From positions 12,201 through 76,200 of the forward strand of contig JBAZYP010000009.1 of NCBI GenBank assembly GCA_041659265.1: a stretch of DNA of 64,000 nt, read 5' to 3'. The notes below the pieces were generated by a model that searched no databases, was not told where the DNA came from, and was given only the letters and a program-made list of their open reading frames with translations. Shown in pieces: positions 44,586-53,961 of this stretch; position 1 is the first letter of the stretch; every line of letters starts with the position of its first letter. Source of the stretch: Candidatus Pacearchaeota archaeon (lineage in GTDB: Archaea; Nanobdellota; Nanobdellia; Pacearchaeales; GW2011-AR1). Position numbers and translations under genes: made by a program.

Positions 44586-46465
44586 ACATAATTAAACATC
44601 TAAATAAATTTAGTATTGTCCTATTAGCCTTTATTTTAGCATTGCAGCTAGTTTCAGCTTCTCATTATATAACTGGTTATGTTCATGATTCTTTAGATTC
44701 ATTAGAAAGTGCAAATGATAAACAAGTTATTTTATGGAATCCAATTATAGGTATGCAAGAGAATATTAGTGATATTATTGGAATAAATGGAAATTCTGAA
44801 TCTTCAAATACTTTTATGTTTGATTGTGAATTATTGAATAATTCTTGTAAAATTGGAGATATTTTTAAGGTTAAAACTTTAAATGATGGAGATAATTATT
44901 TTAGTGAAGAAGAATCAGTAATTATTAGTGGTGCAGGTTATGATATAACTCCGGATTTAATTTTAAATAGTCCTCCTAATATAACTTTAAATTTTCCATT
45001 AGAGCAAGGAAATGAAAGTAGAACGGTTCGTTTTAATTGTTCTATTTTTGATTTAGATTCTAACCTTCATAATGTTAGTTTGTATGGTAATTGGACCGGG
45101 ACTTGGCATTTAAATGAGACTATAGAAACTCTGGGTGGGGCGACTTCAGTTTTATTTGAAAAAAATCTAAGCGAGGGAGAATATTCTTGGAACTGTTTAA
45201 GCTATGATAATTTATCTATATCTGGATTTAATTATAAAAATAATACATTTAGAGTAGATACAACTAGCCCTGTAATATCCCAGATTTCTGTTAATTCCAC
45301 TTATGGGTGTGGAAATTCTTATATTAATGTAAATTGCTCTGCAATTGATAGTTATGTGGGCATTGATAGTGTAATAATTCAAGCATTAAAACCTAGTGGA
45401 AGTGCTTTTTATCCTGCAAATATTTTAATACCGGGAGTATATTCTACAGAGATATTATTAGATGAAGGAGGTAATTGGAGTTTTATTTGTATTGCAAATG
45501 ATAGTTCATCAAATATTGCAAATCTTTCTTCCAATATAATAAGAGTTTATTCTTTAACTGAAAATGAGATATATGTTAATTATTCTAAAATCTATTTTGG
45601 TAATGAAAAACCAATTGAAACTGAAGAAGTAATTATTAATGCAACAATTGAGAATAGGGGATGCTCTAATTTAAATAATTTTTTAGTAGGATTTTTTAAT
45701 GGTGAACCTACTTTAGGCAATCAAATAGGAAATAATTTAACTATTTCCATACCCGGTTTTTCAAGTCAGATTGTTAATATAAGCTGGAGTGCATTAATTG
45801 GATTAACAAATATATTTATTTTTGCAGATTTAAATGATTCCATAATTGAAATAAATAATAATAACAATATTGCTAATAAGACAATAATTGTTGGTTCTTG
45901 GCAGACTTTTTATGGAAATGTGACTCTTGATAAAATTCTTGCAGATAGTTTGTTCTTTAATTTTAGTTCATGGTATAATGAATCTGAACCAATGGGAAAT
46001 ATATTTGTAGCAGATAAAGAGTCTAATATTAATTGGGCGGCATTATATCCTATTGGAAGAAATATTAGTGGAGATTTAAAGAATGATGATTTTTCTAATA
46101 TAGATAATATTTTTAATACTGCTGAATTTAATGATTCAGTAGAAAAACTTTATTCTACTTTTGGAAATTCTAAATTTAGTGATAGTTTTTTTATTCATCA
46201 TCGTAATTTAACAAATGTTCCTATTTTAAATTCAACTAATTCATCTAATTTTATTACTGGAATTCTTTGGGATTCTGCTAAAGATAGTGGTAATGGGGAG
46301 TTTGATGTTATAGATAAAGAAGATATTGTATTTGTAACAAAAATAAATAAGGCTAGTCCTGGTGGTTATGGCATATATGATTATGAAATAACCATCCCAG
46401 TTAGATTAAGAGAGTTCAATAGTCTTGATAGTAGTGAAATCTATTTTTATTATGAACTTGAATAA
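44582..46465 (+). CDS. secreted 627-aa protein: AHYIxGYV N-domain, Ig-like domains, C-terminal IYFYYELE
   Basis: Signal peptide FSIVLLAFILALQLVSA-SHYITGYV. The N-domain is paralogous to 60248..61513. DTTSPVISQ Ig-like start. Very dense N-x-S/T sequons. Confidence 0.75.
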   Translation: MNIIKHLNKFSIVLLAFILALQLVSASHYITGYVHDSLDSLESANDKQVILWNPIIGMQENISDIIGINGNSESSNTFMFDCELLNNSCKIGDIFKVKTLNDGDNYFSEEESVIISGAGYDITPDLILNSPPNITLNFPLEQGNESRTVRFNCSIFDLDSNLHNVSLYGNWTGTWHLNETIETLGGATSVLFEKNLSEGEYSWNCLSYDNLSISGFNYKNNTFRVDTTSPVISQISVNSTYGCGNSYINVNCSAIDSYVGIDSVIIQALKPSGSAFYPANILIPGVYSTEILLDEGGNWSFICIANDSSSNIANLSSNIIRVYSLTENEIYVNYSKIYFGNEKPIETEEVIINATIENRGCSNLNNFLVGFFNGEPTLGNQIGNNLTISIPGFSSQIVNISWSALIGLTNIFIFADLNDSIIEINNNNNIANKTIIVGSWQTFYGNVTLDKILADSLFFNFSSWYNESEPMGNIFVADKESNINWAALYPIGRNISGDLKNDDFSNIDNIFNTAEFNDSVEKLYSTFGNSKFSDSFFIHHRNLTNVPILNSTNSSNFITGILWDSAKDSGNGEFDVIDKEDIVFVTKINKASPGGYGIYDYEITIPVRLREFNSLDSSEIYFYYELE

Positions 46466-46473
46466 TTATAAAA

Positions 46474-47142
46474 TTATTCTTTTTTTCCTTGAAGTAATTT
46501 TTCAGCTATAAGTTCGTCTGGCCTTTTTTCTACAACCACTTCTTCTTTTTTTCTTTTTAAAATTTTTTTAAAAATCTTTGAAACAATAGTGAAAATATTT
46601 AGTATTATTTTTTTAATAAACCTTAAAATCCCCATAATAATTTTTATAATCAATTTTATTAAGGATAGAATAAACTTTTTAATCATGTTAATGATATTTT
46701 TTATAATTCTTTTTATTTCATTATAGGTTAGTTTAAAGAATAATCTGGTTTTTAAAATGCCGCGTATAAGAAAATTGGGCATTAATTTATGAAAAATTTT
46801 TCTAAAATTTATTTTAAATTTAAATCTGAACATTTCCCATTTTAAACTAATTTTTTCCTTAATAGAAAGTTCCAGATTTAATCGCTTAACGGTAAAATGT
46901 TCTTCTTTATTTTTTTCTTTTTTTATTGCTTTTTTTTTCTCATTTATATAAAGTCTTTTTTGTTCATCAATAAATTTTTTATATTTTAATTCATATGCAA
47001 TACGTGCTTTGTTAAGTTTTTCTTTGTAATCCTTTTCTCTTGAAATTTTGATTGGATATTTTTTAAAATCTTCAAGATACTCTCTATCTATTCTTTCTAT
47101 TTCATGTTTATAAAATTCTTCAATATCATCCGCGTTTTCCAT
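46474..47142 (-). CDS. basic protein with long amphipathic Ile/Lys-rich C-terminal helices
   Basis: N-terminal charged coiled region, then IKRIIKNIINMIKKFILSLIKLIIKIIMGILRFIKKIILNIFTIVSKIFKKIL. Confidence 0.5.
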   Translation of the reverse strand: MENADDIEEFYKHEIERIDREYLEDFKKYPIKISREKDYKEKLNKARIAYELKYKKFIDEQKRLYINEKKKAIKKEKNKEEHFTVKRLNLELSIKEKISLKWEMFRFKFKINFRKIFHKLMPNFLIRGILKTRLFFKLTYNEIKRIIKNIINMIKKFILSLIKLIIKIIMGILRFIKKIILNIFTIVSKIFKKILKRKKEEVVVEKRPDELIAEKLLQGKKE

Positions 47143-47144
47143 TT

Positions 47145-47456
47145 TTATTTACAATAACAATCACATTTATGGCAGGAATTCTCTTGAAAACTAAATTCAA
47201 CTCTAAAAAATTTCATCTTTCGAATATTGCACTCATTATAGCATCTAATTTTGCATTTATCTTCATTTTCAATTTGATGAAGAATAGTATTCATTATTAG
47301 AGAACATTCATCTTTTAATTCAATTAGGGAAGGTTCTTTATTTATATTTTTTATCTTATCATAAAATCCAAATTCTGATAAAATCAATGAGGTTAAAATT
47401 ACCAAGAGAACAATTGTTATTATAATAAGCTTCTTACTAATCTTCTTCTTTTTCAT
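47145..47456 (-). CDS. small signal-anchored Cys-rich protein
   Basis: ATG 47456 gives MKKKKISKKLIIITIVLLVILTSLILS. The mature part has nine Cys and ends CHKCDCYCK. Confidence 0.5.
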   Translation of the reverse strand: MKKKKISKKLIIITIVLLVILTSLILSEFGFYDKIKNINKEPSLIELKDECSLIMNTILHQIENEDKCKIRCYNECNIRKMKFFRVEFSFQENSCHKCDCYCK

Positions 47457-48168
47457 TTTCCTTGCTTTTTCTTTTACAAATCTCAACAAAATCAGCAAGC
47501 ATCATTTTTAATTCTTTTTCTTGTTCTTTAATCTCTTCTTCTTTTTCAACCATATTAAAATATATATTTTGCCATTCTTTTTCTAAATCTTTGAGATTTT
47601 TTGTTTTTTCAGAAATTCTCTCCTGAAAATTTTTGCTTAACATTTTTATTACCGTATTATTCTTCTTTCCTTCCCAATGTTTTTTCATATCCTTAACAAT
47701 ATCTCTTGAAACAAATTTTTTCTTATACCAATCTTCTAATTCTTCTATATTTGTAATTTCTTTATCAATATTTTCTTTTAGTTCAGAAAAATAACTTTCT
47801 TCAGAATCAAATTCCATTGCAGGTTCATTTTTGTTTAAAGAAAATTCTTTATGTTGAAAATGTGGTTTATGATGTTTTGGTTTTATTTTAGGATGAAGAT
47901 TCGTATTTTCAATAATAACTTCAGTTGTTTTAACTGGTTCAATTACTTCATCAGAGTTATTAGATTCAATTGGAGTAATAATTGGTTTAAAACCTATTTC
48001 TTCTCTTGATTCTTCTTGAGATTCTATAAGCGGATTAAACTCATCTTCATTTAAAGAAGTTTTTTTTAGGGGTTTTTCAGGTTCAATTTTTTCTTGCATT
48101 TCGTCTGTCACTAATTCTGGAAGTTCATCAGGTGCTGATTTGCTCTTAAAAATACCAAAAAGTCCCAT
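47437..48168 (-). CDS. acidic cytoplasmic protein with N-terminal MGLFGIFK motif
   Basis: 243 aa with no TM. N-terminal amphipathic MGLFGIFKSK, an acidic/Pro-rich middle and a helical C-terminus. Divergent from ATPase paralog B. Confidence 0.55.
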   Translation of the reverse strand: MGLFGIFKSKSAPDELPELVTDEMQEKIEPEKPLKKTSLNEDEFNPLIESQEESREEIGFKPIITPIESNNSDEVIEPVKTTEVIIENTNLHPKIKPKHHKPHFQHKEFSLNKNEPAMEFDSEESYFSELKENIDKEITNIEELEDWYKKKFVSRDIVKDMKKHWEGKKNNTVIKMLSKNFQERISEKTKNLKDLEKEWQNIYFNMVEKEEEIKEQEKELKMMLADFVEICKRKSKENEKEED

Positions 48169-48280
48169 TTTATTTAACCCCTTTAATAAATAGAAAAAGA
48201 CGAAAATTCTTTAAATACTTTTCGGTATCTTGTCTTCGAATTTTAATAAAGTTTATTAATTGTTTTTGGGACTTATATAT

Positions 48281-51200
48281 ATGCATTTTAATAAAAATTC
48301 AAAAGAGGCATTAGATATTGCTAAAAAAGAGATTAGAAAAGCAAAAATAGAAAAATTTGTTTTTTTGTTTTTTTTGTTTTTAACATTAATCTCTTGTTCT
48401 TTTTTAGTAGTTTTTTTATCATCTAAATTAATGATGACTGGATATGCATCTTATATAGAAGGAAGGGCTGGATATATCACTGAATTAAATATAACTCAAA
48501 CATTTATACCTGATTATTGGAGTGGGGTATATGGATTATCTTTAAGGGTTCCAGGTTATTTTAGTCAGATAATAAGAGAAGTTCCTAATTCTGAGATAGT
48601 TGAAGCTCCTTCTTATTTTGATTGTATACAAACAGATGCATTAGGTGGTCCTGAAATTTATGCAACTACCGCATCTTCAATAGATTTTAATTCATTAAGG
48701 CCTGCTACACTTGCAGAATTAGATTCCTATGTCGGATGCAGCGGATCTTTCCAATGTCCGAGTAATACTTTTACCAGTATTAATAGCTATGTCGTTGGAA
48801 CAAATAATATTACAGATGTTCCATCTACTTATACTTATAGATTTGATGGAAATCAAGGAACTTTTGATGTTGGAGCTTTAAATGATTCAGTTAATTTAGT
48901 ATTTGTTAGTCATTTAGCAGCAATTCAAAAGGGTTATAGTTCTACAAAGACAGTAAATTTTCAGATGCTTCTTCCAACATTACCCAACACTACTGTTGAT
49001 TATTATTTTTTTAATGATCCTAATGATGAATGTCCTGCTGGTGGAATTGGGAATAATATTAACGCTTCTGTTTATGGATATTCATTTGATATTTATAATA
49101 ATACTCTTCCTAATGTTACAGTTACTGTTGCAGGGTATAGTGCTGTAACTGACTCTAATGGATTTTATAATTTTTCATTTACAGTTAGTCCTGGAGTTTA
49201 TAATCTTATTGCCCAATTAGCTGGATATGATCCTTATTTTGACAATGTATCTGTAACTTTTTCTGAAAATGTTTTTGAAAGAAATATTACTATGGTAATC
49301 ATTACTCCTGGAATGAATGATACTATTTCCCCTATTGTTGATGGTTTTGTTTGGGATGAATCTTTAATCCCCATATCTGGTGCTAATGTATCTATGTCTG
49401 GAACTTCAAATGTTACCGACTCTAATGGATATTATTCAATATCACCTATAATTTTTCCAGGATTAAGTCCGATTATAGCTATAAATGAGGGCTATAATAA
49501 TTATTTTTATTTTTTAAGTTTTGATGATAACACTACTTATATAAATCATAATATTACCATGACTGTTGCTTCAACTAATTATCAATTTCCAACTGGCCCC
49601 TATACATCTGGCCCTTATACAACTGGCCCTTATCCTCAACAATTTCAACCTCAAATCATTCAAGCTAAGAAGAATGGAGAAGACTTTTGGATAAGCACTA
49701 AAGAAATAAGAAAGGAAGTAAGACAAAATACTTTTGTTGATGAAAAAATAGGTCTTTTTAATTTTAAAACTTCTACAATGAATATGTTATTTTCTTTATC
49801 TCCCAATCTTCAGGATTTTGTTAAAATAGATAAAACATCTGTTGTATTAAATCCTAATTCTTTTGCAGATGTAACTGTTACAATCTATGGAACGAAACCC
49901 CTTGGAGTTTATAATGGGTCTATAACTGTTTCTGGTGATGTGCAACAGACTATTCCTGTTCATATTACTGTTGTTGAAAAAAGATCTTTAGTTGAAGCTT
50001 TATTAATGCAAATAGATGTTTTTAATAAAATAGTAAGGCCTGGAGATACTGTAAAATATAAATTAAGTCTGCAAAATCTTTTAAGAGAACAAGGATATAA
50101 AGTATTTTTAAAAATTTATTTGACAGAATCTAATGGTACTACAATTTATGCTACTGATAATGATGAAGTGGAAATATTAAATTCTTTAACTTTGTTAAAA
50201 GAACTTAAATTGCCAGATAATATAACTGAAGGAGATTATTTATTAAATGTTGATGCAACGTATTTAAATCTTTTTTCAAGTGTAACTGCACCAGTAAAAA
50301 TAACTAAACCAATTTATTTATATTCCTTTTTAGGAATGCCTTTATGGTTATGGTTTTCATTGATTTCTTTCTTTAGTTTTATTTTATTAAATTTTTTAAT
50401 TTATAAATATTATAAAGAAAAGAAGAAGAGATACAAGATATTTTTAGATTACAATACTTTACCAAAACCTGGAACGGGTGTTGTAAGGCTAGGAAATATT
50501 GCTGAAACAAAAGTTCCAGCTTATTATGAACTTGAAAGATTAACAACTCACTGTATTGTTGCTGGGGCTACAGGAATGGGAAAATCAATTTCAGCTCAAG
50601 TTATAATTGAAGAAGCTTTAATGAATAATATCGCAGTAATTGTTATGGATCCAACTGCACAATGGTCTGGAATGTTAAGAAAATGTACTGATAAAAAAAT
50701 GATGTCTTTTTATCCTAAATTTGGATTAAAAGAAACTGATGCAAGAGCCTTTAAGGGAAATGTAAAACAGATAAGAGATGCTAAAGAGATAATTGATATA
50801 ACCAAATACATGACCCCTGGCCAAATACAGATTTTTTCAATGAATAAATTAGATCCAAAGGATATTGATATTTTTGTTGCTAATTTTATTAGACAGATTT
50901 TTAGATCAGATCCTAAAGAATCTCCAACTTTAAAAGTATTACTTGTTTTTGATGAGGTTCATAGACTTTTATCAAAATTCGGAGGAAGTGGAGAAGGATT
51001 CTTGCAAGTAGAAAGATCTTGTAGAGAGTTTAGAAAATGGGGATTAGGAGTAATGTTGATATCTCAAGTCTTAAATGATTTTGTTGGTGAAATTAAAGCA
51101 AATATTAATACAGAAGTTCAAGCAAGAACTCTTGAAGAGTCAGATCTTGATAGAATAAAAACTAAGTATGGGGAAGAATATCTTAAATCATTAGTAAGGG

Positions 51201-52012
51201 CTGAAGTTGGTGTTGCAATGTTTCAAAATGCTGAATATAATAGAGGTAGACCTTATTTTTTGAATTTTAGGCCTATATTACATAATACCAGAAGACTTCC
51301 TGATGAGGAACTTGAAAAGTATAATAAATATAATTTCCAGGTTGAAGATTTAGAATATCAAATCGAACAGCTTGAAAAAGAAAAATTAGATGTTTTTGAT
51401 CTAAAAATGGAATTAAAACTTGTTAAAGATAAGATTATGACTGGAAATTTTTCGGTTGTAGAAATTTATCTTGAAGGATTGGTTCCTAGAGTTGCTAAAG
51501 AATGGGAAAAACTTGGAAAACAACCAAAGAAATTGCAAACTCAATTATTATCTGAAGAAGAAATAAAAAAAGCTATGGAACAAGAGAAAAAAGAAAAAGA
51601 AGCATTAGCTGCAAAAGAAGAAAAGAAAGTTGAAGCAAAACCAATCGAGAAGCCTGTTGAAACTCAGGCAGTTAAACAAACTAATCCTGCTACAAATAAA
51701 ACTTCTGTTAATATTGTTAAACCTAATACTTCTATTCTACAACAAACTACAAAACCAGCAAGTTTAGTTAAACCAAATAATCCTTCTACTCAAAAAGTTA
51801 CAACCGTTATACCAACTAACGCTACAACTAAACCAGTAGTATTAGCTAAACCCGTTATTCCTTCTGCACCAGCAACAAAACCCGCAGTAGTAGTTAAACC
51901 AGCAACTCCTGTTGTTCAAACATCTAAACCAACGGTTATAACTAAACCTGCGGTGCAGTCTGTTCAAACCACTAAACTTGCTGAAACAAAAAAAGAAGAA
52001 GTAAAAAAATAA
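48281..52012 (+). CDS. ectodomain-TM-fused HerA/FtsK-like P-loop ATPase (about 1243 aa), paralog B
   Basis: ATG 48281 (track start is TTG 48260). N-terminal anchor, two carboxypeptidase-regulatory-like domains (VTDSNGFYNF / VTDSNGYYSI), (TGPYT)3, two beta-sandwich domains and TM LWLWFSLISFFSFILLNFLIY. Then Walker A VAGATGMGKS, Walker B LLVFDEVHRL and REFRKWGLGVMLISQ. K/P/T/V-rich tail. Confidence 0.8.
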   Translation: MHFNKNSKEALDIAKKEIRKAKIEKFVFLFFLFLTLISCSFLVVFLSSKLMMTGYASYIEGRAGYITELNITQTFIPDYWSGVYGLSLRVPGYFSQIIREVPNSEIVEAPSYFDCIQTDALGGPEIYATTASSIDFNSLRPATLAELDSYVGCSGSFQCPSNTFTSINSYVVGTNNITDVPSTYTYRFDGNQGTFDVGALNDSVNLVFVSHLAAIQKGYSSTKTVNFQMLLPTLPNTTVDYYFFNDPNDECPAGGIGNNINASVYGYSFDIYNNTLPNVTVTVAGYSAVTDSNGFYNFSFTVSPGVYNLIAQLAGYDPYFDNVSVTFSENVFERNITMVIITPGMNDTISPIVDGFVWDESLIPISGANVSMSGTSNVTDSNGYYSISPIIFPGLSPIIAINEGYNNYFYFLSFDDNTTYINHNITMTVASTNYQFPTGPYTSGPYTTGPYPQQFQPQIIQAKKNGEDFWISTKEIRKEVRQNTFVDEKIGLFNFKTSTMNMLFSLSPNLQDFVKIDKTSVVLNPNSFADVTVTIYGTKPLGVYNGSITVSGDVQQTIPVHITVVEKRSLVEALLMQIDVFNKIVRPGDTVKYKLSLQNLLREQGYKVFLKIYLTESNGTTIYATDNDEVEILNSLTLLKELKLPDNITEGDYLLNVDATYLNLFSSVTAPVKITKPIYLYSFLGMPLWLWFSLISFFSFILLNFLIYKYYKEKKKRYKIFLDYNTLPKPGTGVVRLGNIAETKVPAYYELERLTTHCIVAGATGMGKSISAQVIIEEALMNNIAVIVMDPTAQWSGMLRKCTDKKMMSFYPKFGLKETDARAFKGNVKQIRDAKEIIDITKYMTPGQIQIFSMNKLDPKDIDIFVANFIRQIFRSDPKESPTLKVLLVFDEVHRLLSKFGGSGEGFLQVERSCREFRKWGLGVMLISQVLNDFVGEIKANINTEVQARTLEESDLDRIKTKYGEEYLKSLVRAEVGVAMFQNAEYNRGRPYFLNFRPILHNTRRLPDEELEKYNKYNFQVEDLEYQIEQLEKEKLDVFDLKMELKLVKDKIMTGNFSVVEIYLEGLVPRVAKEWEKLGKQPKKLQTQLLSEEEIKKAMEQEKKEKEALAAKEEKKVEAKPIEKPVETQAVKQTNPATNKTSVNIVKPNTSILQQTTKPASLVKPNNPSTQKVTTVIPTNATTKPVVLAKPVIPSAPATKPAVVVKPATPVVQTSKPTVITKPAVQSVQTTKLAETKKEEVKK
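49592..49636 (+). repeat. 15-nt coding tandem repeat x3 (TGPYT-SGPYT-TGPYP)
   Basis: ACTGGCCCCTATACA / TCTGGCCCTTATACA / ACTGGCCCTTATCCT, read directly from the sequence. Confidence 0.85.
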
Positions 52013-52077
52013 TTTAACTAATTTAATAATATCTTAAAATACTAACTATTATAAATGAAAAATGCTTTTATTAATTG

Positions 52078-52419
52078 ATGATAATAAGAACTGAGTATGG
52101 TCAACTTAATAAAATAGCTAAGGAAATAGTTGAAAAAAGAATATTAAAGAAATTAGAAAAGATATGTGACAAGAAAGAAAGACTGGAAATGCTCAAGTAC
52201 ACACTAAAATCAACAATAGACTTAAAATATATAGAAATATTAAGAAAAATAAAAAAACTGGAAAAACAAAAAAAAGATATTTTTTTTATAGAGGTAAAAT
52301 CAGAGTTATTGGCTTCAAAAATAAGGATTTTTAATGCTACCTTTAATAAAAAAGATTTTTATAATGTTTTAACTATGTTTAATGATATAGAAAAAGAGAT
52401 GAACGATGTTTGGGTTTAA
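52078..52419 (+). CDS. small cytoplasmic helical protein
   Basis: 113 aa from ATG 52078, K/E-rich helices. Shares the K-K-D-I-F...K-I-R motif with the ATPase C-termini (by eye). Confidence 0.5.
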   Translation: MIIRTEYGQLNKIAKEIVEKRILKKLEKICDKKERLEMLKYTLKSTIDLKYIEILRKIKKLEKQKKDIFFIEVKSELLASKIRIFNATFNKKDFYNVLTMFNDIEKEMNDVWV

Positions 52420-53263
52420 GAAAAAAGATAATGCAAATGCAGATACTCAGAATGCTGTAGCTGCTGCTGAAAAAGAAGAAGCAGAAGCTGCAAAACAAGA
52501 GGCTGCTGAAAAAAAAGTTACTGCTGTAAGTGAAAGTGCGTCTTCTGATGTAGTTAGACTTGCTTCTGAAATTGATAGATTAAAAGCGAGTGTTGAAAGT
52601 TTTAATGAAGTGAGAAAATCTTTTACTGAAAGATTTTCAAGAACTAGTGAACAGATTGGTGAACTAAGGGCAATGATTCTAGAAAGAGATAAATCTATCC
52701 AGGAGATAGAACTTAAATCAATAAAAGCTTATGATCTTGTTGAATCAGTTCATCCTGAAAAAATCATGACTGAAGTACAAAAACAAGATGCAAAATCTGA
52801 GGCATTAAAAGCAAATCTTGAAGGAAATGAGGCTATTATGGGTAGAATCATGGAAGAATTAAAAGAAACAAAAAGGAAAATAGAATTTTTTAGGGGAATA
52901 GAAGAAATTGTGAAATTAAGTGAAGAAATAAAGCAAGAATTAATTGAAATAAAGAAAATAGAATCAAGAATAAGCATTAATACTGATAAAGTAGATACTA
53001 TTTATTCAGAAGTTAGGAAGAAATTCCAAGATATTGATACTTTTAATTCAGAGTTACAGGAAATGAAGGTTTTGCAAGAACAGTCATCAAAGGATGTTAA
53101 TTTCCTTAAAGATAAAGTTTCTAATATGGTTGAAAAAGAAGAATTAAACAATCTTGTAAATAAGGTTCAGAGGTATATTGATACTTTAAAGGAATTAGAG
53201 AAGAATTCTTCATTAACAAAAGATATTGCTACACTAAAAACTATTCTTGATAGTCTTAAATAA
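52406..53263 (+). CDS. cytoplasmic coiled-coil protein with N-terminal MFGFKKK motif
   Basis: 285 aa with an Ala/Glu-rich start and long heptad-like helices. KAYDLVESVHPEK weakly recalls the FlaC/D/E-type YE.VS..NPF motif (tentative). Confidence 0.55.
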   Translation: MFGFKKKDNANADTQNAVAAAEKEEAEAAKQEAAEKKVTAVSESASSDVVRLASEIDRLKASVESFNEVRKSFTERFSRTSEQIGELRAMILERDKSIQEIELKSIKAYDLVESVHPEKIMTEVQKQDAKSEALKANLEGNEAIMGRIMEELKETKRKIEFFRGIEEIVKLSEEIKQELIEIKKIESRISINTDKVDTIYSEVRKKFQDIDTFNSELQEMKVLQEQSSKDVNFLKDKVSNMVEKEELNNLVNKVQRYIDTLKELEKNSSLTKDIATLKTILDSLK

Positions 53264-53456
53264 TTTTATATTTTTTTATAATAATTTGTTATAAATAAGT
53301 GTACGAATTTTTAAATTTTATTTTTTCCTTTATTTTTAATTATTTTATTTTTATTCTATATATTTTTATAATTTATATTATATTTTATGTACATATTGTT
53401 TTAAATTATCCGTTATAAATAATAAGATTTAAAAACAAGGAAATATTATATTATTC

Positions 53457-53669
53457 ATGGTTATAAGTGAAAGTGAACTAAAAAATATCCTTAAAACAAG
53501 AACGAATATAGAGAAATCTACAACTATTAGCAGTGATGGAAAAAATCTTCTTACAAGAATACCTAAGGAAATTGCAGATTTTTTAGAAATTGAAAAGGGA
53601 TATAAGATAAAATGGAATATAACCAGAAATAAAAAAATAAAAATGGAGATAGTTGCAAATGAAATCTAA
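53457..53669 (+). CDS. AbrB/SpoVT-like small DNA-binding protein
   Basis: LLTRIPKEIADFLEIEKGYKIKWNI fits the AbrB-type pattern. 17-nt overlap with the next regulator gene. Confidence 0.45.
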   Translation: MVISESELKNILKTRTNIEKSTTISSDGKNLLTRIPKEIADFLEIEKGYKIKWNITRNKKIKMEIVANEI

Positions 53670-53961
53670 ATTTAATAAAATAAGATTAGATGGAATTGAT
53701 AAAGATATTTTAAGAATTCTTTATTCTAGAAGACCTTTAGTAACATTAAAAATAGCCAAATATGCAAAACTTTCTAGTCCTACTGTTTCTGCTAGATTAT
53801 CTAATCTTGAAAAATTAGGGATAGTAAAAAAAGCCAGAATAAATAAAATAAGAAAGTTTGAAAGAACTTTTGGGGATAATCTTATCAAGATAAAATCAGC
53901 AAGTAGGATTTATTGGGACCTTGATTTAGAAGATAAAAATGGGGGCAATAAAAATGAATAA
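53653..53961 (+). CDS. winged-helix (Lrp/MarR-like HTH) regulator
   Basis: IDKDILRILYSRRPLVTLKIAKYAKLSSPTVSARLSNLEKLGIVKK. Confidence 0.6.
   Translation: MQMKSKFNKIRLDGIDKDILRILYSRRPLVTLKIAKYAKLSSPTVSARLSNLEKLGIVKKARINKIRKFERTFGDNLIKIKSASRIYWDLDLEDKNGGNKNE

Noticed and set aside
37917-52012. HerA-based antiphage defence (Sir2-HerA, DUF4297-HerA) or a HerA-NurA repair module
   Set aside because: No NurA, Sir2, DUF4297, Mre11 or Rad50 partner genes are adjacent. Both ATPases have large signal-anchored ectodomains and sit among surface-protein genes, which does not fit cytosolic defence or repair complexes.
52406-53263. Archaellum accessory protein FlaC/D/E assignment for the coiled-coil protein
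   Set aside because: Only a weak resemblance was seen (KAYDLVESVHPEK vs the YE.VS..NPF motif). No FlaB/G/F/H/I/J genes are nearby. Left as a generic coiled-coil protein.
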